Origin: Bacteroidales bacterium
GTDB taxonomy: Bacteria; Bacteroidota; Bacteroidia; Bacteroidales; WCHB1-69
NCBI GenBank assembly: GCA_031257735.1
Contig: JAIROC010000212.1
Location: 1 to 32,180 of the forward strand
Reading direction: 5' to 3'
Length of the DNA stretch: 32,180 bases
A model generated the notes under the pieces. The model worked only from the letters and a program-made list of their open reading frames with translations, ran no database searches and was not told the DNA's origin. Positions 21,903 through 31,550 of this stretch are shown in pieces. Every line of letters begins with the position of its first letter. The first letter of the stretch is position 1. The translations under genes and the position numbers were made by a program.

Positions 21903-23867
21903 ATGTTTAAGAACCATCCTAAAGGATTACTAGTACTCGCCTTGACAAATATGGGCGAACGATTTGGCTACTACACAATGTTAGCGATATTAACGCTATA
22001 CATGCAGGCTAAATTTGGGTTATCATCTGCTACTACAAGTTTGATTTATGGAACTTTTCTGGGGTTAGTCTATTTTCTTCCATTACTTGGTGGACTTTTT
22101 GCCGACAAATTGATTGGATATGGAAAGACGATACTGTTGGGAATAGCCGTAATGTTTGCGGGATATTTGTTGTTGGCGCTTCCAAGTGAAGCCAATGCAA
22201 CAGGTAAAGCGATGATGTTTATAGCCTTGTTTCTTATTTGCATGGGAACAGGTTTTTTCAAAGGAAATTTGCAAGCGTTGGTGGGAAACTTATATGAGTC
22301 CGACCTTTTTAAAGGGAAGCGTGATATTGCATTTTCAATATTTTATATGTTCATTAATATTGGAGCGTTTTTTGCGCCTAGCGTGGCAAACAGTATTAAT
22401 AACACCTTCCTGGCAAAAGAAAATTTCACTTACGATGCTTACATTGCTAAAAGTTATGTAGGACTAAATGATGAAGTTGTTGATGAAAAGACCTTCTCCT
22501 TACAGGCTTTATATGGAAAAACATTTGCAAACGACAAAGAAAAAGATGCAATAATCAAAGAAGCTAAGAAAAAAGCAGGCGTTATCTTTGAAAAAGACCG
22601 TAAAGACTTTTTGTTCCGTCTGAAAGCAGCTGGACTAAATCAATTAACCTTATCGGGTAAACTTACAGATAAGTCTTTGCAGGTAACAAAAGAAGATTAT
22701 CAATTGCTTGATAGTCGTCGTCCTGAAGATACAATGGCGGTCAGTAAATTGAAAGAACGCATCAATGCAATCCCAATGACCGATGCAACATTATATGGCA
22801 GTCCGGATGACCCAGATGCTTTCCCTATTAATTTCGGTAAATATTATGTTAATAGCGCTTTGAGTAAATCCTATAATTTAGCGTTTGGCGTTGCTTGTAT
22901 CAGTTTGGTTATATCATTACTGATATTCCTTTTGTTTAGGTCTACGTGGAAAGCGGCAGATAAAACACATAAACAACAATTAAAAAGTAATGAGAATGTG
23001 GTAGTGCTTTCTAAAAAACAAGTACGTGAACGGATTATTGCTTTATTATTAGTGTTTTTTGTTGTGATCTTCTTTTGGATGTCATTCCATCAAAATGGAC
23101 TTTGTATGACATTCTTTGCGCGTGATTATACAGCAAGTCAAATAACCCCTGCACATAATATGATATTCTCTTTATTGGGATTGTTACCGTTAGTAGCTGT
23201 ACTCTATGGAATATATATGGCAACGATGGGATTATTCGGAGCAAAACGTAAGCCGATACTGGGATGTATTATTGCTTTAATCGGATTGGCTGGCTTTGTT
23301 CTTTACTATTTGACAAGCGTAAAAATGACTTCAGGCGCAATTACAATTACGCCACAAATATTCCAGCAATTCAATCCGCTGTTTATTGTATTACTTACGC
23401 CCGTATCGGTAGCTTTATTTGCTTATCTTGCTAAACGAAAAAAAGAACCGTCAGCGCCGCGTAAAATTGGATTCGGTATGTTGATTGCAGCTGTTGGCTT
23501 TATTGTACTGCTGATTGCTTCGCTGGGACTTCCAGCTCCTTCCGATATAGAAGGTATTTCCAACATATTGGTTTCCCCTAACTGGTTAATTGGAACTTAT
23601 CTGGTGTTAACACTGGCAGAATTATTCTTAAGCCCTATGGGACTTGCTTTTGTTGCTAAAGTATCTCCTCCTCAATACAAAGGTATGATGCAGGGGGGAT
23701 GGTTAGCGGCTACTGCCATTGGTAATCTATTGGTTGGCGTAATGGGTATGTTTTGGGATAAACTGCCACTGTATGCTTTCTGGGGAGTATTGATAATTTG
23801 TTGCGTACTCTCGGCTATGTTTATTTTCTCTATTATAAAACGCTTGGAAACAGCTACAGAAAGCTAA
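21903..23867 (+). CDS. Proton-dependent oligopeptide transporter (POT/PTR2 family), 654 aa
   Basis: The N-terminus HPKGLLVLALTNMGERFGYYTMLAILTLYM and FADKLIGYGKT are POT signature regions. There are many TM segments and a hydrophilic insert of about 150 aa after the TM6 region. Confidence 0.9.
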   Translation: MFKNHPKGLLVLALTNMGERFGYYTMLAILTLYMQAKFGLSSATTSLIYGTFLGLVYFLPLLGGLFADKLIGYGKTILLGIAVMFAGYLLLALPSEANATGKAMMFIALFLICMGTGFFKGNLQALVGNLYESDLFKGKRDIAFSIFYMFINIGAFFAPSVANSINNTFLAKENFTYDAYIAKSYVGLNDEVVDEKTFSLQALYGKTFANDKEKDAIIKEAKKKAGVIFEKDRKDFLFRLKAAGLNQLTLSGKLTDKSLQVTKEDYQLLDSRRPEDTMAVSKLKERINAIPMTDATLYGSPDDPDAFPINFGKYYVNSALSKSYNLAFGVACISLVISLLIFLLFRSTWKAADKTHKQQLKSNENVVVLSKKQVRERIIALLLVFFVVIFFWMSFHQNGLCMTFFARDYTASQITPAHNMIFSLLGLLPLVAVLYGIYMATMGLFGAKRKPILGCIIALIGLAGFVLYYLTSVKMTSGAITITPQIFQQFNPLFIVLLTPVSVALFAYLAKRKKEPSAPRKIGFGMLIAAVGFIVLLIASLGLPAPSDIEGISNILVSPNWLIGTYLVLTLAELFLSPMGLAFVAKVSPPQYKGMMQGGWLAATAIGNLLVGVMGMFWDKLPLYAFWGVLIICCVLSAMFIFSIIKRLETATES

Positions 23868-23898
23868 AAGCACGAAAGTGCAAAAACACGAAAGCTCG

Positions 23899-23940
23899 AA
23901 AGCACGAAGGCATTGAAATTTGCTTTCGTGCTTTTCTGTT
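23899..23940 (+). terminator. Rho-independent-type terminator after the POT gene
   Basis: AAAGCACGAA (23899-23908) pairs with TTCGTGCTTT (23925-23934) and is followed by TCTGTTTTT. CACGAAAG also occurs three times just upstream. Confidence 0.55.
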
Positions 23941-24019
23941 TTTACAATCAAATATATCACGACAGCGTGAACAAGTAGACAAAATCTCCTGTAATATTTA
24001 TTAGCGTTGAAAAAAATAT

Positions 24020-24044
24020 TATCTTTGCATCCATTTTACCTTTG
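24020..24044 (+). promoter_or_regulatory. Two -7 promoter motifs (TAtcTTTG, TAccTTTG) upstream of the AAA-ATPase gene
   Basis: TATCTTTG at 24020-24027 and TACCTTTG at 24037-24044. The start codon is at 24071. Confidence 0.55.
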
Positions 24045-24070
24045 CAGAAAAAATAAAATATCATTACATC

Positions 24071-25636
24071 ATGAAGAAAAAGTTACCCATAGGAATACAG
24101 TCCTTTAGTAAATTACGGAGAGAAGACTGTTTGTATGTAGACAAAACAGAAGATATTTATAGAATGATTTCAACGGGAGGAGGTATTTATTTTCTATCTC
24201 GTCCTCGTCGTTTTGGAAAATCTTTACTTATAAGTACGCTGGATGAATTGTTTCGTGGACAAAAAGAATTGTTTGAAGGACTATATATATACGATAAATG
24301 GGATTGGACGCAACAACATCCCGTTATAAGGTTAGATTTCGGTTCAATAGCTAACCATACTACTGAAGCATTAATCAATTCATTATCCGACTTTGTAAGA
24401 GAAATGGCTACTAAATATGGTGTTGTTATTGAAAAGCTCGAATTACCCGACAAATTTGCAGAGTTAATCAAAAAAATAGCTCAATCTACCGGAAAACAGG
24501 TCGTTATTCTTATTGACGAATACGACAAACCTATTATCGACCATCTGTCAAATCATGAAGTATTAAATACAAACAAACAAACACTCCATAGTTTTTATTC
24601 TGTGTTGAAAGCTGCAGACAAAAATATTCGATTTCTTCTTTTGACAGGCGTCTCCAAATTTTCTGGACTGTCGGTTTTCTCAGCATTGAATAATCCAAAC
24701 GATATTACATTAAATTGGAAATACGCTTCAATATGTGGTTATACACAGGAAGAACTGGAAAAATATTTTACCGATTATCTTGATGAAGTCGCAGATTACG
24801 GAAATATAAGCAGGGATGAGTTACTGAATAAAATCAAATTCTGGTATAATGGTTATTCTTGGGATGGCAAAACATCAGTATATAATCCCTTTTCAACCTT
24901 GTCATTTCTTGATAACAAAAGATTTGGTAACTATTGGTTTCGTACAGGAACGCCAACTTTTCTCATTGAAATACTCAAAAGGCGTAATCAAATAAAATCT
25001 GTACTAGTTCCTGTTACAGTCGGAATGAATGCTTTTGAAAGCTATGACCCTGTTAATATTGGTGAACTTCCACTGCTGTTTCAAACAGGTTATCTGACAA
25101 TAAAACATATAGAACAACCCTTTGAATATACCCAATTTACACTCGGAATACCTAACCAGGAAGTCAAGGAAGCCTTTTTGGAATATCTGCTAAATGCTTA
25201 CAGCTATTATCCTACAGAACAAATACAACCCTTAACCTTCAATATGCAACAACAAATCCATAACGGAGACATCTCTGGCTTGGAACAAAATTTACAGCTC
25301 CTGTTAGCCCATATCCCAAATAACCTGCATATACAAAAGGAAGCATACTATCATTCATTATTCTTACTGCTGATGAAAGTACTTGGGTTCGATATACAAG
25401 GAGAAATATCTACAAATGTGGGACGAATTGATGCCGTATGGCGGCAAACACAACTCACTGTCGTTGCTGAAATCAAATATCACTTTCGGAAAAATATTGA
25501 CACGCTGTTGAATGATGCTATATCACAAATTCATGACCGTAAATATTACGAACCCTATCTTGATCAAAAAGTAATGCTTATGGCAATTGCTTTTACAGGG
25601 AAAAAAGTAAAATGTATGCTGGAAAGAGTGAATTAA
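24071..25636 (+). CDS. AAA-ATPase-like (PF09820-type) + C-terminal PD-(D/E)XK nuclease-like (PDDEXK_9-type) protein, 521 aa
   Basis: The N-terminus is KLPIGIQSFSKLRREDCLYVDKTEDIYRMI...YFLSRPRRFGKSLLISTL. A Walker-B-like ILIDEYDKP follows. The C-terminus GRIDAVWRQ...VVAEIKY has a D...E.K nuclease-like motif. This architecture is highly paralogous in Bacteroides-type genomes. Confidence 0.8.
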   Translation: MKKKLPIGIQSFSKLRREDCLYVDKTEDIYRMISTGGGIYFLSRPRRFGKSLLISTLDELFRGQKELFEGLYIYDKWDWTQQHPVIRLDFGSIANHTTEALINSLSDFVREMATKYGVVIEKLELPDKFAELIKKIAQSTGKQVVILIDEYDKPIIDHLSNHEVLNTNKQTLHSFYSVLKAADKNIRFLLLTGVSKFSGLSVFSALNNPNDITLNWKYASICGYTQEELEKYFTDYLDEVADYGNISRDELLNKIKFWYNGYSWDGKTSVYNPFSTLSFLDNKRFGNYWFRTGTPTFLIEILKRRNQIKSVLVPVTVGMNAFESYDPVNIGELPLLFQTGYLTIKHIEQPFEYTQFTLGIPNQEVKEAFLEYLLNAYSYYPTEQIQPLTFNMQQQIHNGDISGLEQNLQLLLAHIPNNLHIQKEAYYHSLFLLLMKVLGFDIQGEISTNVGRIDAVWRQTQLTVVAEIKYHFRKNIDTLLNDAISQIHDRKYYEPYLDQKVMLMAIAFTGKKVKCMLERVN

Positions 25637-25744
25637 TTTGTATTTTCGTGTGAAAAGTGAAAGACAGGGATACCTGACCTCTACTGTTTTCCTGACTTTC
25701 TATAGAACTTCATCCGGGTAAGGGTTATGTTACAGAAAAAGTGT

Positions 25745-25752
25745 TATCTTTG
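25745..25752 (+). promoter_or_regulatory. -7 promoter motif TAtcTTTG for polA
   Basis: TATCTTTG at 25745-25752, 33 nt upstream of ATG 25785. Confidence 0.55.
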
Positions 25753-25784
25753 CACGTCTCAAATTGGATATAATAAAATAATTT

Positions 25785-28631
25785 ATGAGTAAAACGATTA
25801 TGAAAAGTATGGTTACACCAAATAAAAAGTTATTTTTGCTGGATGGCATGGCGCTTGTTTTCAGAGCTTATTATGCCTTGAATAAAAACCCACGCCTCAA
25901 TAGTAAAGGAATGAATACATCAGCAGTTCTCGGCTTCACTAATTCGCTGTATGAAATCTTAAAGGATGAAAAACCTACCCATATAGGTGTCGCATTTGAC
26001 AGCCATGGTCCAACAGTGAGACATGTGGATTTTGCGGATTATAAAGCTAATCGCGATAATACCCCAGAAGATATTCTTATCAGTATTCCTTATATAAAGG
26101 ATATTCTTGATGCTTTTGGCATTCCCGTTTTGGAATTGTTAGGCTACGAAGCAGATGATATCATTGGCACACTGGCAAAGAAAGCAGACGCAGAAGGATT
26201 TACTGTCTTCATGATGACTACCGATAAAGATTATGGACAACTTGTCTCCGAAAATATCTTTATCTATAAGCCCGCTCACATGGGGAATACTCACTCCATC
26301 CTCGGCGAAAAAGAAGTATGTGAAAAATATGGTATACGAAATCCTGAACAATTGATCGATATCTTAGGGCTGTGGGGTGATTCCGTAGATAATATTCCCG
26401 GAGTGAAAGGGGTAGGAGAGGTAAGCGCTAAAAAACTCATAGCAGAGTTTAACAGCATTGAAAATCTAATCAACAACCTCGATAAAGTGAAAAATGAAAA
26501 GCTGAGAGAAAAAATACAATTGGGTATTGAAGATGCTTTGATTTCAAAAAAGTTAGCAACAATTATTTTGGACGTTCCCATCGCTTTCGACGAAACTGAA
26601 CTCGTTACGAAAAGCCCTCAAACAACGAAATTGAAAGCTATTTTTGAGGAATTGGAATTTAAATCCTTATCAAATCGCATTCTTTTCCATATTAACTCGA
26701 CACAGACAGAGCATAATGTGCAAAAGGGTGATACATATACCTTAGATCTCTTTTCCGCTTTGGATGAAACTCCCCAAAAACAGGAAAAAACACAGGAACA
26801 GGAACAAGAGCAAGACCCCCAAATAACATACAACTCCATACATACGACAGAAAAAAATTATACTTTGATCTCTACAATGGAAGATGTAAAAGCCTTGGCA
26901 AACAAACTCAATCAGTCTACGGCTTTTTGCTTCGATACAGAAACGGATGGATTAGACCCCTTGCAATGCAGACTTGTAGGGCTGGCAATTGCCCTGCAGC
27001 CCCAAGAAGCATTTTATATTCAATTTCCGCTTCAAAAGGAAGAAACTAAACATTGGCTTGACATACTCGCCCCGACTTTTGCGGATGACAAAATAAGGAA
27101 AATTGCCCAAAACCTTAAATTCGATATGCGGGTGTTGGCTTTGTATGGAATTGAAATAAAGGGTGAAATCTTTGATACTATGTTGGCGCACTATATTATC
27201 GAACCTGAAATGCGTCATAATTTGGATGTGATGGCGAAATCTTACCTGAATTACAATATGATTTCTTATAGCGAGCTTGTCGGAAAGAATAAGACAATCC
27301 TCCAAGTCCCGCAGACACTTGTCGTTGATTATGCCTGTGAGGACGCTGATATAACCTTACAGTTGAAAGAACTTTTCTCAAAGAAAATACATACAGAACA
27401 ACTGAACGACCTCTTTACGAAAATCGAAATGCCCCTTGTCTATGTGCTTGCTCACATGGAAACTGCTGGCGTTAATTTGAATACAGATTTCCTGAGGGAA
27501 TATTCCCTTACCTTACAAAAACAAATCGACACTGTACAGGAAGAAATATTTGAAATGGCTGGTGAGAAATTTAATATTTCTTCCCCTAAACAGTTAGGAA
27601 CAATTCTGTTCCAGAAATTACGAATTATCGAAAATGCAAAACTCACTAAATCAAAACAATTTCAAACAGGGGAAGAAGTTTTGCAAAAATTAGAACAAAA
27701 GCATCCTATCGCAAAAAAAATATTAGACTATAGGGGATTGTCCAAACTTAAATCGACATACGTCGATATATTTCCTAACCTCGTAAATCCCCTTACGAAA
27801 CGGGTGCATACGCAATTTAATCAAGCCATTACAGCAACAGGACGCTTAAGTTCAAGTAATCCCAATCTCCAAAATATTCCCGTGAGGGATGAAGAAGGTC
27901 GCAAAATTCGTGAAGCATTTATTCCTGCCGACGATAATCATGTTCTGTTGGCAGCAGATTATTCACAGATTGAGCTGCGTTTAGCCGCCGCTTTTAGCGA
28001 AGATGAAAGTATGTTAAATGCTTTCTTCAACGGGGACGATATTCATGCCGCTACTGCCGCAAATATCTATAACGTTCCCATAGAAGATGTTACCCGTGAC
28101 ATGAGACGAAATGCCAAAACCGTTAATTTCGGGATACTTTACGGCATCTCTTCTTTCGGTTTGTCGGAACGTTTAAACATTCCCCGTAAGGAAGCCTCCC
28201 TGCTCATTAAACAATACATGGAGAAATATCCTAAAATTCAAAGCTATATCAATCATCAAATACAGTTCGCACGTCAAAATGGATACGTGGAAACTTTAAT
28301 GAAACGTCGTCGATACTTGAGAAATATTAACTCCGCTAACAGTAATCTCCGCAGTTTCGATGAAAGAAATGCCATCAACGCTCCTATACAGGGGTCTGCT
28401 GCAGATATGATAAAGTGCGCGATGATCGCTATTTTCCAACAAATGAAAAAGAGAAACTTGAAATCTGCCATGATATTGCAAGTCCATGACGAATTGGTCT
28501 TTGACGTTCCCAAACAGGAACTGGAAGAAATGAAAGACATCGTTCAATACAATATGACTAATGCTGTAACTCTTACCGTTCCCTTAGTTATCGACATGAA
28601 AGCTGGAAATAATTGGAGAGAAGCTCACTGA
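25785..28631 (+). CDS. polA: DNA polymerase I (5'-3' exonuclease, 3'-5' exonuclease and polymerase domains), 948 aa
   Basis: The motifs are LFLLDGMALVFRAYYA (5' nuclease), FDTETDGLD (Exo I), DYSQIELR (motif A), RRNAKTVNFGILYG (motif B) and QVHDELVF (motif C). The start could also be ATG 25800 or 25809. Confidence 0.95.
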   Translation: MSKTIMKSMVTPNKKLFLLDGMALVFRAYYALNKNPRLNSKGMNTSAVLGFTNSLYEILKDEKPTHIGVAFDSHGPTVRHVDFADYKANRDNTPEDILISIPYIKDILDAFGIPVLELLGYEADDIIGTLAKKADAEGFTVFMMTTDKDYGQLVSENIFIYKPAHMGNTHSILGEKEVCEKYGIRNPEQLIDILGLWGDSVDNIPGVKGVGEVSAKKLIAEFNSIENLINNLDKVKNEKLREKIQLGIEDALISKKLATIILDVPIAFDETELVTKSPQTTKLKAIFEELEFKSLSNRILFHINSTQTEHNVQKGDTYTLDLFSALDETPQKQEKTQEQEQEQDPQITYNSIHTTEKNYTLISTMEDVKALANKLNQSTAFCFDTETDGLDPLQCRLVGLAIALQPQEAFYIQFPLQKEETKHWLDILAPTFADDKIRKIAQNLKFDMRVLALYGIEIKGEIFDTMLAHYIIEPEMRHNLDVMAKSYLNYNMISYSELVGKNKTILQVPQTLVVDYACEDADITLQLKELFSKKIHTEQLNDLFTKIEMPLVYVLAHMETAGVNLNTDFLREYSLTLQKQIDTVQEEIFEMAGEKFNISSPKQLGTILFQKLRIIENAKLTKSKQFQTGEEVLQKLEQKHPIAKKILDYRGLSKLKSTYVDIFPNLVNPLTKRVHTQFNQAITATGRLSSSNPNLQNIPVRDEEGRKIREAFIPADDNHVLLAADYSQIELRLAAAFSEDESMLNAFFNGDDIHAATAANIYNVPIEDVTRDMRRNAKTVNFGILYGISSFGLSERLNIPRKEASLLIKQYMEKYPKIQSYINHQIQFARQNGYVETLMKRRRYLRNINSANSNLRSFDERNAINAPIQGSAADMIKCAMIAIFQQMKKRNLKSAMILQVHDELVFDVPKQELEEMKDIVQYNMTNAVTLTVPLVIDMKAGNNWREAH

Positions 28632-28639
28632 CATAAATC

Positions 28640-29812
28640 ATGACGAAAATTAATCCTTCCATTTTTCTTTTCTCGGCCTGGTATCCTACGGAATTTGAGC
28701 CCCTGTCGGGTAACTTTGTCCACAATCACGCCAAAGCCATCGCAAAACGAACCCAAATAACGGTCATTCATCCTTACGAAGACTTGAGCTGTAAACAAAA
28801 GCTGCCTCTTGTTCTACAGGAAGATATAAAGGATAATCTTGTTGAAATTCGTATCCGTTATAAGGGAATTAAAATGAAAAATAGCATCGGAAAGATTTTG
28901 CGGTTTATACGCACGCAAAGGGCTTACAGAGAAGGTATTTTATTTGCAATACACAAATACGGATTGCCCGACATCACACATGTAAACATCTTGACAAGAG
29001 CAGCATTACCCGCGCTCAAACTGAAATGGAAATACGATATTCCTTTTATCATCACCGAACATTGGAGCCGATATTTGCCTGAGAATAATGACTTCAAAGG
29101 GGGGCTTCGCAAAAAATTTACGCGATATGCCGTCCGAAAAGCAAAAGCAGTTACAACCGTATCTGAGCAGCTAAAACAGGCAATGCTAAGTCATTGTCTT
29201 TATAATCCTTATTATTATGTTGTACCCAATGCTATAGATGATGTATTATTTTGTCCTTGTCCTGTTGAGAAGCAGAAAAAGTCTATTCTTCATATTTCCA
29301 ACTTGGAAGACAAAATAAAAAATATCTCTGGCATCTTACGCACCATTCAGCGATTGTCTCTTTTACGCAGCGATTTTGAATTGACAGTGATAGGAAATGA
29401 ACAGTATCTGGATTTTGCCAGACGTCTTGCCGACAACTTGCAGATACTTGATAAATACGTTTTTTTCAAGGAAGAAATCCCCAATGAACAGTTGCCGTAT
29501 TATTATAATTATTCGGATTTCCATTTGCTGTTCAGCAATTTTGAAACTCAGGGACTTGTTTTGATTGAGAGTTTTGCCTGCGGTAAACCTGTGGTTGCTA
29601 CGCGAACAGGCGGGATACCCGATGTCGTCAATGAAAATAATGGACTCTTGGTTGCGCCTAATGATGAAGATGGACTTTTGACGGCAATCTCTTATATGCT
29701 GGATAACCATCAACACTATCATTCAAAACTCATTCGGGATTATGCCGTAGAGAATTTTGGGGAGAGCAGGGTAGGGGAGTTATTTTTATCTATTTATCGA
29801 CAAATTTATTAG
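28640..29812 (+). CDS. GT4/GT1-family glycosyltransferase, 390 aa
   Basis: The C-terminal E-x7-E region is LIESFACGKPVVATRTGGIPDVVNENNGLLV. The gene starts 8 nt after the polA stop. Confidence 0.8.
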   Translation: MTKINPSIFLFSAWYPTEFEPLSGNFVHNHAKAIAKRTQITVIHPYEDLSCKQKLPLVLQEDIKDNLVEIRIRYKGIKMKNSIGKILRFIRTQRAYREGILFAIHKYGLPDITHVNILTRAALPALKLKWKYDIPFIITEHWSRYLPENNDFKGGLRKKFTRYAVRKAKAVTTVSEQLKQAMLSHCLYNPYYYVVPNAIDDVLFCPCPVEKQKKSILHISNLEDKIKNISGILRTIQRLSLLRSDFELTVIGNEQYLDFARRLADNLQILDKYVFFKEEIPNEQLPYYYNYSDFHLLFSNFETQGLVLIESFACGKPVVATRTGGIPDVVNENNGLLVAPNDEDGLLTAISYMLDNHQHYHSKLIRDYAVENFGESRVGELFLSIYRQIY

Positions 29813-29831
29813 GCAATTAAACGCAAAATAT

Positions 29832-31136
29832 ATGATCAGGAATATTATCGGAACGTTAGGTACAAGAATTATTCATGTTTTGTTGTCATTGGTTATCATT
29901 ATGGTCAATACCAATACGTTTGGTTCTGCGGGTGTTGGGATAATCGGATTGTTTGTTTTAAACATCACCATTCTCCAGCTTATCTCTTCCTTTGTAGGGG
30001 GTCCTTCCTTGGTATACATGTTGCCACGTTGTGATAAGTTTCAATTGATGTTTCTTTCCTATCTGTTTGTTATTTTGTCGATTGGGGCGGGGAGCTTTGT
30101 CATTTATTTATTGGGATTTGTATCTGCGGAATATGTCTGGCATTTATATTTAAGTTCCTTTTTTCTTGCGTTATTCTCTGTTAATTCGCTGTATTTGTTA
30201 TCGCAGGAAAATATCAGGTTATATAATATTTTCATTTTATTCCAGATAGTAATTCAGTTGTTGATATTGGTTATATTACTGTTTATATGCGGGATAACCG
30301 ATGTTTCGGCGTATATGTATTCCTACGGAATATCTTATATATTGTCCTTTATTGGTAGTTTGTATTGTGTATTGAAGGAGGTGAAGTACAGTGGTTTTGA
30401 CAAGATGTTTTATTTATTTGGGAAGATGTTCCGATACGGTTTTCTGATACAGATTGCCAATTTTTCCCAACTGTTAAATTATCGTATGAGTTATTATGTG
30501 ATTAAATTCATTGTGGGCGCTAAGCCCTTAGGTTTATTTGACTTGGGGACAAAATTATCAGAAGCTATTTGGATACTCCCCAGAAGTATAGCTACTGTAC
30601 AGTACACGCGGCTTGCGAACTGTGGAAATGATAAAGTGTACGCAAAAAAGATTACTTTAGCTTTTCTCAAGATGACCTTTGTTTTTGCTGTGATAGCGAT
30701 AATCATATTATTTTTTATTCCTGCACAATGGTTAGGGTGGATTTTCGGAGACGAATTTATCGATTCAAAAAAGATAATTTATGCGCTCGGAATAGGAATT
30801 ATTGTTCTCTCTTGCAACATGATACTTGCGCATTATTTTTCAGGCTTTGGAAATTATAAAATAAACACAATCGCGTCGACGATAGGATTGCTCGTTACGG
30901 GCGGGTTATGTTTACCGTTAATTTTCTGGTTTGACAGTTTTTCTTCTTTAGATTTAATTTTCATAATGGGATTGATAACAAGTTTTTCGTACTGCAGCAG
31001 TTTTATTTACACGATGATATGTTTTGTACGGGATACTAATTTGAAATTTAAAGAATTGTGGATAAATCAACAGGACATTCTCCTTGTCAAAAGTGAGTTG
31101 AAAAAACAAATTGAAAACTATAGAAAAAACAAATAA
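29832..31136 (+). CDS. Polysaccharide biosynthesis/export membrane protein (MOP/Wzx-like flippase), 434 aa
   Basis: About 12 hydrophobic segments run the whole length. It sits directly after a glycosyltransferase. The family assignment rests on architecture only. Confidence 0.55.
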   Translation: MIRNIIGTLGTRIIHVLLSLVIIMVNTNTFGSAGVGIIGLFVLNITILQLISSFVGGPSLVYMLPRCDKFQLMFLSYLFVILSIGAGSFVIYLLGFVSAEYVWHLYLSSFFLALFSVNSLYLLSQENIRLYNIFILFQIVIQLLILVILLFICGITDVSAYMYSYGISYILSFIGSLYCVLKEVKYSGFDKMFYLFGKMFRYGFLIQIANFSQLLNYRMSYYVIKFIVGAKPLGLFDLGTKLSEAIWILPRSIATVQYTRLANCGNDKVYAKKITLAFLKMTFVFAVIAIIILFFIPAQWLGWIFGDEFIDSKKIIYALGIGIIVLSCNMILAHYFSGFGNYKINTIASTIGLLVTGGLCLPLIFWFDSFSSLDLIFIMGLITSFSYCSSFIYTMICFVRDTNLKFKELWINQQDILLVKSELKKQIENYRKNK

Positions 31137-31182
31137 TTGATAGTAAACAGTCTCCGTTGATATGTTGAATAATAGTGTTTTT

Positions 31183-31550
31183 CCGTTGTCTTCGTTCGGA
31201 CGAGGTTCTACCTCGTTCGGATTATCCTTGCAGGTTCTACCTGCTCCGTTGCCCGTAGGGCGTCCATATCAATAGAAAACAGCATCTTCTTTTTCTACAA
31301 CTCCGTTAGTAGTTGCATTCTTACGACATTTATTCCCGAATAAAAAACGTTTTTTATTGATATGTAAGCCCATACGGGAAACAAAAAAACATTTCACCGC
31401 AGAAAACATTTTCCATCCGTTACCGGATAGCGTATGAATGCAACCCCGTATGCTTCAGCTTATAGAGCAGGCATAGCCTGCTTGGATAGAGTGGACGAGG
31501 TAGAACCTCGTCCGAACGAAGAGCCAAGACTTCCTGACGATGGCTGAAAG
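31183..31550 (+). repeat. Copy 1 of a 368-bp (or longer) hairpin-rich direct repeat; the repeat offset is 630 bp
   Basis: It aligns base-for-base with 31813-32180 with about 11 mismatches counted by eye. An internal 25-bp-plus stem pairs 31252-31280 with 31349-31378. Inverted GC hairpins CGGACGAGGTTCTACCTCG (31197 region) and CGAGGTAGAACCTCGTCCG (31494-31512) are present. Confidence 0.9.

Noticed and set aside
16885-25636. A defence island (SNF2 helicase + AAA-ATPase/nuclease)
   Set aside because: The two genes are separated by unrelated GT2 and POT transporter genes. Each has its own promoter, and no methylase, toxin, RT or other partner genes are present.
31191-31519. Inverton (invertible promoter) bounded by the inverted hairpins TTCGTTCGGACGAGGTTCTACCTCG and CGAGGTAGAACCTCGTCCGAACGAA
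   Set aside because: Each arm is itself a near-palindromic hairpin, so the inverted-repeat relationship is largely trivial. No TAnnTTTG/TTTG promoter motif lies on either strand between the arms. No recombinase gene is nearby and no downstream gene is visible.
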